Assembly (NCBI GenBank): GCA_050084515.1
Contig: CM114271.1
Location: 27,590,001 to 27,654,000 of the forward strand
Source of the DNA: Blasia pusilla
Taxonomy: Eukaryota
Reading direction: 5' to 3'
DNA: 64,000 nt
Shown here: positions 37,242 through 51,385 of the stretch, piece by piece
Position numbering within the stretch: the first letter of the stretch is position 1
Layout of the letters: every line of letters starts with the position of its first letter
Translations under genes and position numbers: made by a program
The notes under the pieces: model-generated
The model's database searches: none
What the model saw: the letters and a program-made list of their open reading frames with translations, nothing else
What the model was told of the DNA's origin: nothing

Positions 37242-37823
37242 GTTGTGGTACACGGGTATTTGTGGATGCTCTCGTCTATGTTATGTATGTATGTGAGTTT
37301 GATATGTCAGCAATGTATGTTGTATGACGATGTGGATTCGCACGATAGCTGTCATGACCATACGGATTATGTCGTAGAGTATAGTGTGCTAGTAGAGGCC
37401 ATACCTTATGTAGGGCCGTAGTGTCTAGGTAGAGATGCGGTTTCATACATAGGGTTGGGGGTTACTCAATTGAGGATGACTTTTCCAGTAGGGCCCGCTC
37501 TTAAGTTGGAGGATATAGTATGGAGTGCACTCAAAGAACAGTTAGTTCTTTGAGTTGAGCCTGTCGCGTTGGGAGTTAGCCTTAGTAGTGAGTAGAGCTC
37601 TTGGCTTTGGTAGTTCCCGCAAGATTTGACCTGGATTCTCCCATCGTGGAGTGGGTTTGGCTCGATTGTATGTGATTCTATACGTATTTTATGATAGTAG
37701 GTCTTTCACGGATTCCAGTTGTGGTACACTTGTGTTTCTGGATGCTCTCATCTATGTTATGTATGTATGTGAGTATGGTATGTCAGCGATGTATGTTGTA
37801 TGACGATGTGGATTCGCACGACA
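37242..37823 (+). repeat. 3' B1-A2-B2 repeat block of G3
   Basis: Purine tract GGGGGGCGA (37233-37241), B1 (106 bp), GC spacer, A2 (368 bp), B2 (106 bp) ending CACGACA. Confidence 0.92.
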
Positions 37824-40764
37824 GCTCTGATTCACAGTAGGAGACATGACTTGGTTGGAGTAGGACTAGTGGAGATGTTCCATAGAGAGTATGCATCTGC
37901 CACTATCATGCTCACCAAGAAGGATGTTCATGGCAACTGGACATATAATCAGATGTGTGGAGACTATCGACTTATCAATCAACAAATGAAGTCCAATAGA
38001 TATGTCATGCCCACTCCTGAGGAGATCTTTGATGTTATACGACATGCAAAAGTCTTCAATTCATTCGAAACCCAAGCCAGATACCATCAATTGCCTATTA
38101 GATTGGAGGACATGTAGAAGATGATATTTTTGGGCATCGATCCATACAGGATAGATTATTTGTACCATTGGCGGTTCTAATCATTTGGGTTAAAGAACAC
38201 CCCAATAGAGTTTCAGAGGGTCATGGAAAGGATCTTGGCTGGTTTGGATTTTGCGAGATGTTACGTTGATGAGACCGTAGTCTTTAGTCTCATAGTTGAG
38301 GAGCATAAACGACATGAGTTGACATCTAGAGAAGTTGTTCTGAAGATTATTACAATTATATGGGCTGAAGGTACATCCAAGCAAGTGCAAGTTCTTCTAC
38401 GATCGCATTGAATACTTGGGTCATACGATATATCCCAAATTTCCTTGATGTATAACGGACGAAGGTAGAGACTATCTTATGTATTCCACACCCTACATAT
38501 GTGAGTTGAGTTCGCGTATCCATAAGATTGGAAAAATTTTTCCAACGATACGTCAAGGATTTTAGTTTGATTGCAAAGTCACTAACCTTGCTGACCAAGG
38601 TGGATTATAAGTGGCATATGCATAAGGATGATGAGCAAGAGAGATCGTTTCAACTACTTAAGTATAGGTTGATGTCCGTGCCCATATTGAGGAGAGATAT
38701 TAGAAGACATCTTTTCCATTTTCATGTAGATTGGAGTATGTTGGGGCTTGGAGCAGTTCTCACCTAGCATGACAATAAGGGTAGAGAGTTTATGGTGGCT
38801 TATGCTAGTTGCTCGAACAATGTTGCAAAGGCAAAGTATAGCTCGTATGAGGATGAGTGCTTAGCTGCAGTGTGGGCTGTAGCGCATTTCACGTGTTACT
38901 TATCCAAAAATCCCTTTACTATCATTGCTGACCATCAACCATTTAAGTGGTCGATGTAGTCCAAAAAACTTAAAGGGAAGATTTCCAGATGGGCTCCATT
39001 GTTGCAGGAGTATGACTTTACATGGTATGTCAACTTGGGATGCTCAACCACGATGCAAATGGTTGGGGCCGTAATCCATGCCCGAGTCAACAAGATGCGA
39101 TTGAAGCTCATTAGTATGGAGGAAGTGATGAGAAGATGGTGTTGAGATGGCATGCGTCAGTCTATTTGGGCTTGTTGGCTATGGAAAGCGAGAGTGTTGA
39201 GATTTCGATGGCGAGATCTGATATATGGAGAACCCTTAGATCTAGAGGCCAATAAGGAGGCGATAGATGGTTGTGATATCCATGACGATGGATTAGTCTT
39301 GGAATACTTACATACTAGCGGCGTTATGAGCACAATGGATGCTAGAGAGTGAAATTAGATCCTATAGCAAGCCAAAAAATTCTGGTGGAAGAGAAGGAAC
39401 ATGCTACAAGTTTGGGAGGATGGTAGAGTACGCGTTCTACCTCATCCTTCACAAAGATCATATTTGGTGTAGCCTGCCCACAAGGGGTCAGGTCACTTTG
39501 GAATAAAGAAGACGTCCAACTTGCTCCAAATATAGTATTGGTGGCGAGGCATGAAGGCTTGTGTTCAGCAGTTTATTTTCAGATACATGGTGTGTGATCG
39601 GGTCCGAGCATCGTTCAATGCTCTAACTCCAAAATTACATTCACTATCGATCATTGGTTTAGGTTATAGATGGAGTTTGGATTTGGCAAGACCTTTACCT
39701 TTGATAGAGCGCCATAGTCGTTATGTGCTGGTAATGGTTGCGTACTTCTCAAAGTGGATAGAGTTGGTTGCATTGCTTGACAAAGCGAGTGAGGGAGTAG
39801 TGTATGCCTTTCTAGATTGAGTGATGAGTCATTATGGTGCACCAGTTGAGATATTGACATACAAGTGTACAAAGTTTTGCAAGGAGTTTCAGGCCGTATG
39901 TGATCAGACGCTGATGCACCACTACACTATTTTGCGAGATCATCTTGAGGCGGATGGACTAAAGGAGTGAGTTTTTTAGACGATGAAGAGAAGTTTACCC
40001 AAGCATGGCTTGTAGAGAGATCACTTAGGAGATTGGGACCTAAAATTGCGTTGGTTGGCAATAGGATACACATTCAGCCAGTACGCGTCCTTAACATCTT
40101 TCTCACCATACTTATTGATTTTTGGCGAAAAGCCAAAATTTCCTGCCACCATTTTTTGTGATGTGAGTGATGTGTTGAACCTCAATGAACATGATGTATG
40201 GATACGAGCATGTTCTTAGATGTCTGAGTTGTTTTGGAGAGTTTTGCCCATTGTATTTTAGAACTTAGCGATTGCGCAACATCGGGATACTTTGAGGTAT
40301 CCGACTATGCGGCGAGATGGTTATCGACGATTCAGAGATCTTATTAGGGAGAATATATCCACTTGCAGCATACAACATCTAAGAAATTAGATGTGATCAT
40401 AGGATGCACCATTTTGAAAGTCCGTGATGTCTTACCATTTCGTGTTCTCTTATTGGAGGGACGTAATGCTATGGTTTGGAAGGATCATGTGCGTAATTAT
40501 GCGCCATGTCACTTTTCTAACATTGACAGTAGGGTTGATCCGAGCTTAATAATAATAATTGCACGATTGTGTTGTATGTTATGTGGTTCTGCTTGTGGTG
40601 CAACCATTCTGCTAGTCTGTGATGGATATTCGAGAGGGTGGCACATGGCATGTTTGACACCTCCTCTCACTAGGGTTCCTCTGGGATGATAGACGTGCCC
40701 CATATGTACATAGAGTAGAGACTAGGTAGTTATAAATCCATACTCATATTTGTGACATGGATGA

Positions 40765-42946
<2,182 letters not shown>

Positions 42947-43087
42947 ATGACAAGAAGATAGCTAACAATGGGGCCACATGAGCAACTGCCTTTTTTGCTC
43001 TTAGTGTCCTAGAGATTTGTATCATGGTAGGTAGGGATAGATGGTTATCTGGAGTTAGAGAGACCTAATCACCAACTAGGAGGGCGA

Positions 43088-43640
43088 TTGGAGATATTTT
43101 GGTATTTGATCATATCGATGTTTACCATGAGTTAGTATGGTATCTTGTGTGTTTGTCTATGTATTCAATGACAACTATGTGTGTTGAGTAGCGATGTGTA
43201 TGCGCACGACAGTTGTCACGTGTTTTAGGATATATCGAAGAGTTCATAGTAGAGCATCTTCTAGGATACTATAGGATAGTCTTAAGAGATCAAGAATGAC
43301 CTCCTAAGGCCTCATGTATCCGAAGAGAGCAAGTTTTCCCTTTGTTTCAACTCATTTGGAGCTATATAGAGAATTTACTATTTTGAGTAAGTTATCGTTA
43401 TGAGTATAGTTGAATTTCCACTTTAGAACGTAGCCCTTCATCCCTACAACAAGTCAAGAGCCAAGGAGGTGACTTGCGAGCATAAGTTACCATGAAGAGA
43501 GCTGGGGAGAGGGAAGGAGATATAGCTTTGGAGCTTATTCTCTATTTGTTGAACCTCTTGGCATGAGGCGGCATAGCTATGGTCCTCCTTGCCTAATGAG
43601 TAACCCAATACTTTCATTAGGAGAGTGGATTTGGCTTGAC

Positions 43641-43681
<41 letters not shown>

Positions 43682-43812
43682 TGATTTATTAGAGATATTT
43701 TAGAACTCAATTGTCTTGATGTTTAGATGTCATGAGTTAGTATGATATCTTGTGTGTTTTTGTATTCAATGAACACGATATATAGTGTGTAGTAATATGT
43801 ATGAACACAACA
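43088..43812 (+). repeat. 3' B1-A2-B2 repeat block of G2
   Basis: GGAGGGCGA tract, B1 TTGGAGATATTTT..GCGCACGACA, GT spacer, A2 TGTCACGTG.., B2 TTAGAGATATTTT..GAACACAACA. Confidence 0.85.
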
Positions 43813-46649
43813 ATATTCATATTAGCCATGTTTTGGGTCGATCTACCTTGGATCTTTCAAGTTTAGGTCTTGGGTTACCAATTGGGTTAAGCTCAATTGT
43901 CCTAAACGTGGTCAGATACGGATCTAAACCCTCACTCCCTAACATAGAAAAGCTATTGAAGACTTGAGACAAACTTCCTTGATAGTCCAGAGATGTAGAA
44001 TGACAATGATGCACATGGTTGTCCTGACTAACCAATGGATCTCAAAAGAGTCTCTAAGTGGGACTCAATATAGGGGCCCGAGTCAAGATCCGAGGATAGG
44101 ATCCAAGTTTGGTGTTAGGTCTAGCCACCATGAATTTAAACATGGATAACCACCAAACGATCATTTAGATTCGAAGCTAGCTTAAAGCCTCCTTGGAGTC
44201 CAACTCTTATGGGACTTGCTGCGGCGGAACGCGCGAAGTGAGGTGCCGACTAGGGCTCACAACAGACGGCAGAGCGGGGCCCGGAGTTCTTCTCAACTTC
44301 CATCTTGCATTTGGTCATGCTCTATCGGGTCACAATCGTTATCATTCAAGGTGTTGATTTAAGTTTGCGTCTGTGTATTAGTCCATGTTTGGTTATAAGG
44401 ATTTCCACCCGCACTCCCATTTCCATCTCCATGACCATCTCTCCGTTCCAAGTAGGAATTATTTTGGAATTAGAACAAATATAAAAATTAGAATGATATT
44501 TTCCAAAAGATTTTGGGTTCGATCAAATCGCTACAACTTGGCCAAAATTACTTTGTTGTGAGGGGTAATTCTTGGTACAAGTAAGTACAATTCCACCCAA
44601 TAGGTGGTGGGCGTAAAACTTTGTAGACGTGGTGCAATTGTGGGTTCCCTTGGATGATTGAGACAATGCCTTGATGGAGGCTTCATATCACTTAACCAAC
44701 AACTTGATCCATTTTTATATTGTACTAGTGGACACCCATGCAATACAGAGGTAGTTTAGATTAATGACAAGTAATTACCTCATGACTAATTACTTAACTA
44801 GCCTGAAAAACTCTTAATTTACCTCTCAAATCAATTTTGAATAATCTTATTGATTGAGGGATCCTATTGGTTAAGATAGCTAGGTGTCAAGAGCAAGGTT
44901 GCATACAGACATGTTTGTCCCTAGGACGGAAATGTTTGTGCAAGCCTAGGCACCCGCATCCGGTGCCGGTTGAGCTCGTAGCAGGCACCAGGGCTGGCCC
45001 ATGACCAGGCGTGGAGGGCGGTCTCAGGTTCGCGCAAGGCCCGTACGTGATGGGCTAGGTCCCCTTCGGATAGGCTTACAGCCCAGAGCCCGCCATGCGC
45101 GGACGTGGCCGCGGGCCACAAAACTAGAGCGAGCTCGGCCAACCCAAGTGCCCATTACGGGCTCGAATGCTGGCCACAAGTACCCGAGAGACATGTCCGT
45201 AGATATTTCTGGACTTGTCCATTTCCGTAGAATATTAGTGAAAAGAGTTCAATCTTTTTTTTAAAGAATGTTCCAATAATAATATATATTATTATATTAA
45301 AAAAAAACTAAATTAAAGCATCACTAAGATAAATCTTGTGCATGCTTTGATTTGCACATTGCGGGGCCATGTAAGGCTTGTTCTTGGTACTTGGAATTAA
45401 AGTGAAAATGGGGAATGGTGATTCAAAATCCAAGGTGTCTCAAACCCCTTGTGCCACCCATAAAAGTACTAACACGGACGACACCCCCTATTATAGATGT
45501 CAGAACACACATAATATATTGGCCTTAACAATAGAAAATATTGGTGTACTAAGTGATTCTCGATTACCACTGAAAATAACAGATGGCGGAGGAGATGGAG
45601 GGACGTCTAGAATTTTGCGTTTAACTATTTCCATGGTGATCCAATCTTTTCAATCTAAGGCCCAACGTGTTCATCTTCTCAAGTTTGAACTTTGGGGTCT
45701 TATTTTTTCCACTTAAGATTGAGTTTTCCAAAGTTCTTGGGATCTTTGGACCTCCTTCTCTCCTAAATATGCTCATAGATTCCTAAATGCAATTTCACAC
45801 ATAGCGCTCTCCTTCTAGAGTGATATCGGGTTATCGTCAGATTAAGGGATTCCTCTTGCTTTTCTCGATCTTTTGATATGCGCTGGGCCCAACATTACAA
45901 ACTCATTCCCTCATAGCAGTCATCGGTGGGTGACTCATTTTCTCCTCACATCCTCTTTTTTGGTGTTTCCAATTTCTTTCATAGCTTTCTTTTGGAGTGT
46001 CGGTTTTGGACATGTTTGATCTTATTTTGATCGGCTTGACAAGCTCGTTCTTTTCATACCAAACAGGTTTTCTAGTTTTTCTTATTTATTTGTAGGCGCC
46101 TATTTTTATGTACGGGTTTGTTTTAGGTCAATTCCTCCCAAACGTCTTCCTTGCTCTTTCAATTCTTTACCTTATTGTTTCACCCCTACATACATTTGCT
46201 ATCTTTTTAAGGACAGTAGAAATTCATATCCTCGAGCCACCTCTTCCGATACCATACATATCACTTTTTCTTTTCAATTGCTTTTTATTTTTCTTAAAGT
46301 AACTTTTAATCATAAATTCGATATTTCCTAATCTTATTCTCTCTATCTAAATTTCTTTTGGACGGATTCCACTACTTTTGTTTTGCTCGTTACCCTCATG
46401 CATTCTCCAAACCACGTTTCATATTTCTTCCCTTATCTTCGACGACTTGCCTACCTTTGCTTCTATGTATTTAGAGATGGAGTTGGATTGTCCATCTACT
46501 CGCTTGTCTGGTTTTATACGCCCTCCTACAACCGTAACCTCTCCCCCCTAGTTCACCTCCTCATTGTGGATCTCGCCATTTTCCTCGACATACTAATACA
46601 CCCATTACACTCGCTACATTTCTTCTAGATTCTCCTCTTCTCTCCTCTT

Positions 46650-49600
46650 TGTCTTGTCCTATTGAGCCTAATCTTATTCCATTATTACCGAATCCTACTA
46701 CTTTGCCATCCTCACATATCTCATCTGTACCCTTGCTTCCAGCTCCCATCTATTCTATCCTTATCTCCCCTCTTCCTCCTCCAATTTCCCCAACCTACTT
46801 CCATCCATGTCTTCCTCGTCCTAGACTCTACACTCGCATTCCTATTGCTCTTCGCCCCATCACTCAACAAGATTTTCTTTTCCCAAAAGAAAAGTTAGCA
46901 CGTAATCCCACAGATATCAATGCTTGATATCTTCTATTGCTCTTCCCATAATGGGTTTTAGTCCTCCCTCCAAGAGGTAGTGCGACGGATCATCGTGAGA
47001 CCTCTACACATATTGAACGCTTTAAGTCTGGACCGAGGATTGGAAGAATCTTCAGAATGAGCATGTACTCCGAGCAGAGGCCTTAGCTGCATCTCATCCC
47101 ACTCATCATGCCAATAACGCCTTCGACGAAGCCTACTTTTGGGGCATGTTGGTGAGTTTTCACGTGTAGCTCAAACATTGGGTCCTCTCTCTCCGACGGT
47201 TCCAAGTGCGGAAATAATTGCTCTCTTAGAAGCTCTTCATCCTCCTTCAAGTGGTGATGCACCACCTTTTGTGGCGGACTATGCAACGGATCTTGACTTG
47301 GAGCTTGACTTGGAGGTTTTTACAAGGGCTTTTCTTCATACTCCTCGCTTATCAGCAAGCGAGCTATCAGGGTTGGTTTTTTAGCATCTCTACAATTGCT
47401 TTATCCCGGCAGATTCAACAAGTGGGTTTGTCTCTCTATATAAGGTGTGTGCACATATTGCGGCATGTCGTCTACCATTCTCTTAGGGGCTTATCGTTTA
47501 TTGGTTGCGGATAGAGACCTTCAAGTGTTCGCCCTTTGGCTATTGGAGAGGTTTTATACCGCTTGGTTAGTCGATCCATGTGCTTGAAATTTTGTCCTCA
47601 CTTTAGTGCCCACTTATTTCCACATCAATTTGGAGTGGTAACTCTAGGAGGTTGTAAGGCTGTGGTGCATGGGATTCGCTCTACTCTTGATATTCATCCA
47701 AAATGGGTAGCAATTCAAGTCGATGTGGCTAACCCATTCCATTCAGTTTCTCGTGCTGCCATCTTTGAGGAGTTACATTGTGCAAGAGGACAACTTGCGA
47801 GTCTCATTCCATTTTTTTGCTCTTTCTATGCCTATGATACCCCCATTATCTCTTCTTATCATGCTACTTCCGAGGAATATAGTATTCTACAATCAACTTT
47901 TGGCACACATCAAAGTAATTCCATGGGTGGCCCACTCTTTGCCATTGCCCATTATTGTGCCCTTCGAGCATTAGCGCAAGTATTTCCATCTTGTCTTTTC
48001 CCTTCTATTGCTGATAACACTCACATTATAGGTCCTTCTTTTGAAGTGGTTCCTGTTTATACCCATTTCATGGAGCAACTCTCTTTCTTAAACTTTAAAG
48101 TCCAACCTAGTAAATATGGAGTATGGTCTCCTTTATGCCTTCCCTCAACATTCACCCTGCCTTCTCCTGATTTTCCCATCTACATTGAAGGGGTTAGGGT
48201 TCTTGGGATCCCAATTGGCTTCATCCACTATGTCTCAAAGTTCTTGGAGAAGGCCCTTTTGAAAGACGTGGAATGACTTCATTTGTTACATCATCTAGGG
48301 CATCCCCAAGTGCCTTATGGGATTCTCTCCCAATTTTTTCTACGACGTGCTTCTACCTTCTTCGCACTTGTCCTCCCACTTCAAGGTTCTTACATCGGTT
48401 GGCCTCTTTTGACGCTTCCATCTTGGCAACTTTTGTTCAACTTCTTGGCCCGAATACATTTGAGGGAGAGGATGGTGTCTTGGCTTCACGACAAGCTATC
48501 TTGCCTATTTCTTTTGGAGGGGTGGGACTTTCCTCCATAGTCACGTCTGCTCTCGTAGCCTTTTTGGGGAGTTGGGCATTGGTAGCACCGATTATGGCTT
48601 CAAGGTTTCTCCAAGGAGATACACCTATCTTGATGGATCATGTCGCCCATGTAGAGGAGGGGACCTATTATTTCAACAACAATTGAGATATGCATGAGCT
48701 CTTGTTCCTCTTGTTATACAAGAAATTCTACCCCCTTTCAGTCAATTGATTACAGAAGGGCTTGATCGACTTCAAGAGGATATCTCCGAGAATTTGCATC
48801 AAATCAACTTTTCTAGCATTCTCTCTGAGGCATCCTCTGACGCTTATTGAGCTCATTTGCGTTTATGTACGAGTACCAGAGCCGAGGCGTGGCTTACTGC
48901 AAATCCTCTTATTCTTCCATTTTGTCTTCCTCAAAGTATATTCTCGACTGCTTTGCGGTTACGCCTTGGACTTCCCCGTCCTTCTTTGTTAGGTGTGCCG
49001 AATTGTGTATGCGGGGATCCCATTGATCCCAAGGATATCCATATTCTCCGATGTGCACATGGTGGAGAATGAACGACCACACATGATGTCATTAGAGAGG
49101 CGGTAGCATCGATGGCTCGTACTGCAGAATACATCGTTGGGCAAGAGCAACTCTATGTCCTACCTTCAACCACACAAGCAACCTCTCGTCAGAGAGTTGA
49201 TCTTGTTATGTCTCGAGGTGGATTCCAGACACTAGGTGATGTGGTGGATGCTGATCCAACATGTTCTGACTTGGTATGTCGAGGCGCACATACCAAAGGT
49301 TTGGCGGCCAAAGCTGCAATAAGAATCAAGGAGTTAAGTTATGTTGTGACACATGCGACTGATGGATTTATTCCTTTTGCATTGGAACTATTCAATCATT
49401 TACATGTGTCTTTTGATACTTTCCTGATAATATGTGCTCACCACTCTCTCGAGAATCATCACCTTGCCCCTTTCCATAGTCCTTCTCTCTCTATAGTTAC
49501 TACTTATTTTCGGCAATACATCTCAGTGGTCTTACAACGTACACAAGCCTTAGCATTGAAACGTCGTGCCGAGGTGGCCGGGGGTTGCTCGCCTCATCGT

Positions 49601-49795
49601 CCGTTCATGCTTGACGAACCACTCGTGTTCTTGTCAAATTTGTTTCAGGCTATCAATCGTGTAGCTCGTTGAGTCGGTGTTTGCGTTAGCTAGTTGCCAT
49701 TTTCTTTTTGCACTCCATTATGCATTTTTTTACTCCTCTTTTGAGATGTGATTACCTTTCTTTGTCCTCATTTGAGGTTTATTTTATAATAAAAT
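46650..49795 (+). mobile_element. Decayed non-LTR retrotransposon with RT, CCHC finger and restriction-like endonuclease (CRE-like)
   Basis: RT: RPLAIGEVLYRL, HQFGV..GGC, QVDVANPF, IADNTHIIG, GVRVLGIPIG. Finger: CVCG..HILRC..HD. RLE: RVDLV..DV..KELSY..FIPFALE. A/T-rich 3' end. 5' boundary uncertain. Confidence 0.85.
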
Positions 49796-50587
49796 GGATA
49801 TATACATAAAAATGGTGATAGCAATATAGAGAATTTACGGCTTAAGACAATATTCAAAAGCTTAATGCTAGATCATTTTCTTTTTTATTGCAACTTGACA
49901 TACTCAATTTTACACGTACAAGTGTTTCATATAAAAAAAATTCTATTTTTACTAGTAAGAATGCCCATGCCATGCAAAGGGGGCATTCCTAGTTATTTGC
50001 ATCATACCATACATTAGAAAATGGATATCGCGGGCATTCTTATAACTAATGCAAGTAGTTTATAAAAATATAACTTATAGCAAGAGAAATATCTTCATAG
50101 AATTAAGTATCAGTAGTTAGGATCCGTGCAACCCTAAACACCCGATTTAATTTATTCAACCTATTTTATATGATAGACATACATACCACGCGTCATCCAT
50201 GCTTGTCTTTAAAAGACACTTGGTGAACGTTCAAGATGTGGCCATTTGAGGAACACTCCTAAAAAAATAGTATAGGTAACTTACCCATGCAATTCCGACT
50301 ACACCGCAACGTATGCAATTGGAGTTACACATATTATCGTGCGAGCGGGACAACCTGCTCATGTCATGCAATTTTGAGGCCATAAAATACACAAATTTCT
50401 ACCTCTCTTGAGAGCAAGTGGAAATTTTATCTAAAACTTGGCAAGAGTTTTAAATGCATCTTGAAGACCATGTTGGCCAAATTTCAACTCAAGATGACAA
50501 AATTGTGTTGGATTCTCAACATCCACTTCTCTGAGCATCATTAATCTGATTGGCCCTCTTATATGAGGAGAAGCCTAGATTGATGGT

Positions 50588-51385
50588 TGTGACTTAGACG
50601 TCGAAGGAGTCATAGTAATATGACGTAGGTGGTTTATGGAGTAGCGTTACTAGGATTATCTAACCCTATATTGCTTCAGGGTGCGGGACACCCTGATGCG
50701 TCGTGGGGGAAAAATTTTCTATTAATAGAAATGAAGAAAAATAGGTTAAAAATCCTAATTTCCTGAGTAGTGAAACAGTCGGGAATCGCAGCGGTAGCGC
50801 ATTCTTGTATGTCGAGTTATCTTCATGTTTAGGTTCCATCGAAGCTCTTCTATGAGCACACGAACGGACTATGCCACTTTGTATCTCCAAGTTTTATAAA
50901 GATCTCAGTGATTTCGTCACTTTCTATTTTCTCACATGGTATCAGAGCAGTAGGTTTTGCACTATTTTGTATATGGCGATCTAGTGTGTTTGCACAAAAT
51001 CTTGAGAGATGGCTACTTCTTCATCAGTTCGTGCTCGCCCTCCTTTGCTGGGTGAAGGGACGTTAGATGGGTCTAACTATACATTGTGGAAGTTCAAAAT
51101 AAGAACTATCCTCGAATCATTTGAGATCCGGGAGACGGCCACAGGGGTCGATTCGAATCCACAAGCTACTTTGAGTTCTGCATGTTCATCTTCATCTGGT
51201 GATATCGATCGTGTTGTATTGTTGGCATGGAAATGTTGATGCTCTATATGCGATTGTCACGAATATAACTGATTCTATCATGACTCTCATTCAACATACG
51301 ACCACTGCTACTGAGGCGTGGAACATTCTGAAGAATCAGTATGAAACGAGAAATGAGACTCGGATTCAAAATCTGGAGAATCTCA
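50588..51385 (+). mobile_element. Ty1/copia 5' fragment: LTR + tRNA-Met PBS + gag start
   Basis: LTR TGTGA..TCACA (50588-50936), PBS TGGTATCAGAGC (50937-50948), gag LDGSNYTLWKFKI..TATEAWNILKNQYE. Confidence 0.85.

Larger units (their letters stand above)
28106..37823 (+). mobile_element. Full-length Ty3/gypsy copy G3 (9.7 kb) with split direct repeats and 4-bp TSD GCTC
   Basis: TSD GCTC at 28102-28105 and 37824-37827; the empty site restores the G2 RT frame. A1 28106-28473, B1 37242-37347, A2 37350-37717, B2 37718-37823. Confidence 0.92.

Noticed and set aside
28106-37823. DIRS/Ngaro tyrosine-recombinase element
   Set aside because: Despite the split repeats it encodes an aspartic protease and a DDE integrase and has a TSD; no RHRY recombinase motifs were recognised
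43821-44149. MITE with TTA(G/T)CCATGTTT inverted ends
   Set aside because: Only ~12 bp of imperfect TIR, no TSD and no second copy in the window
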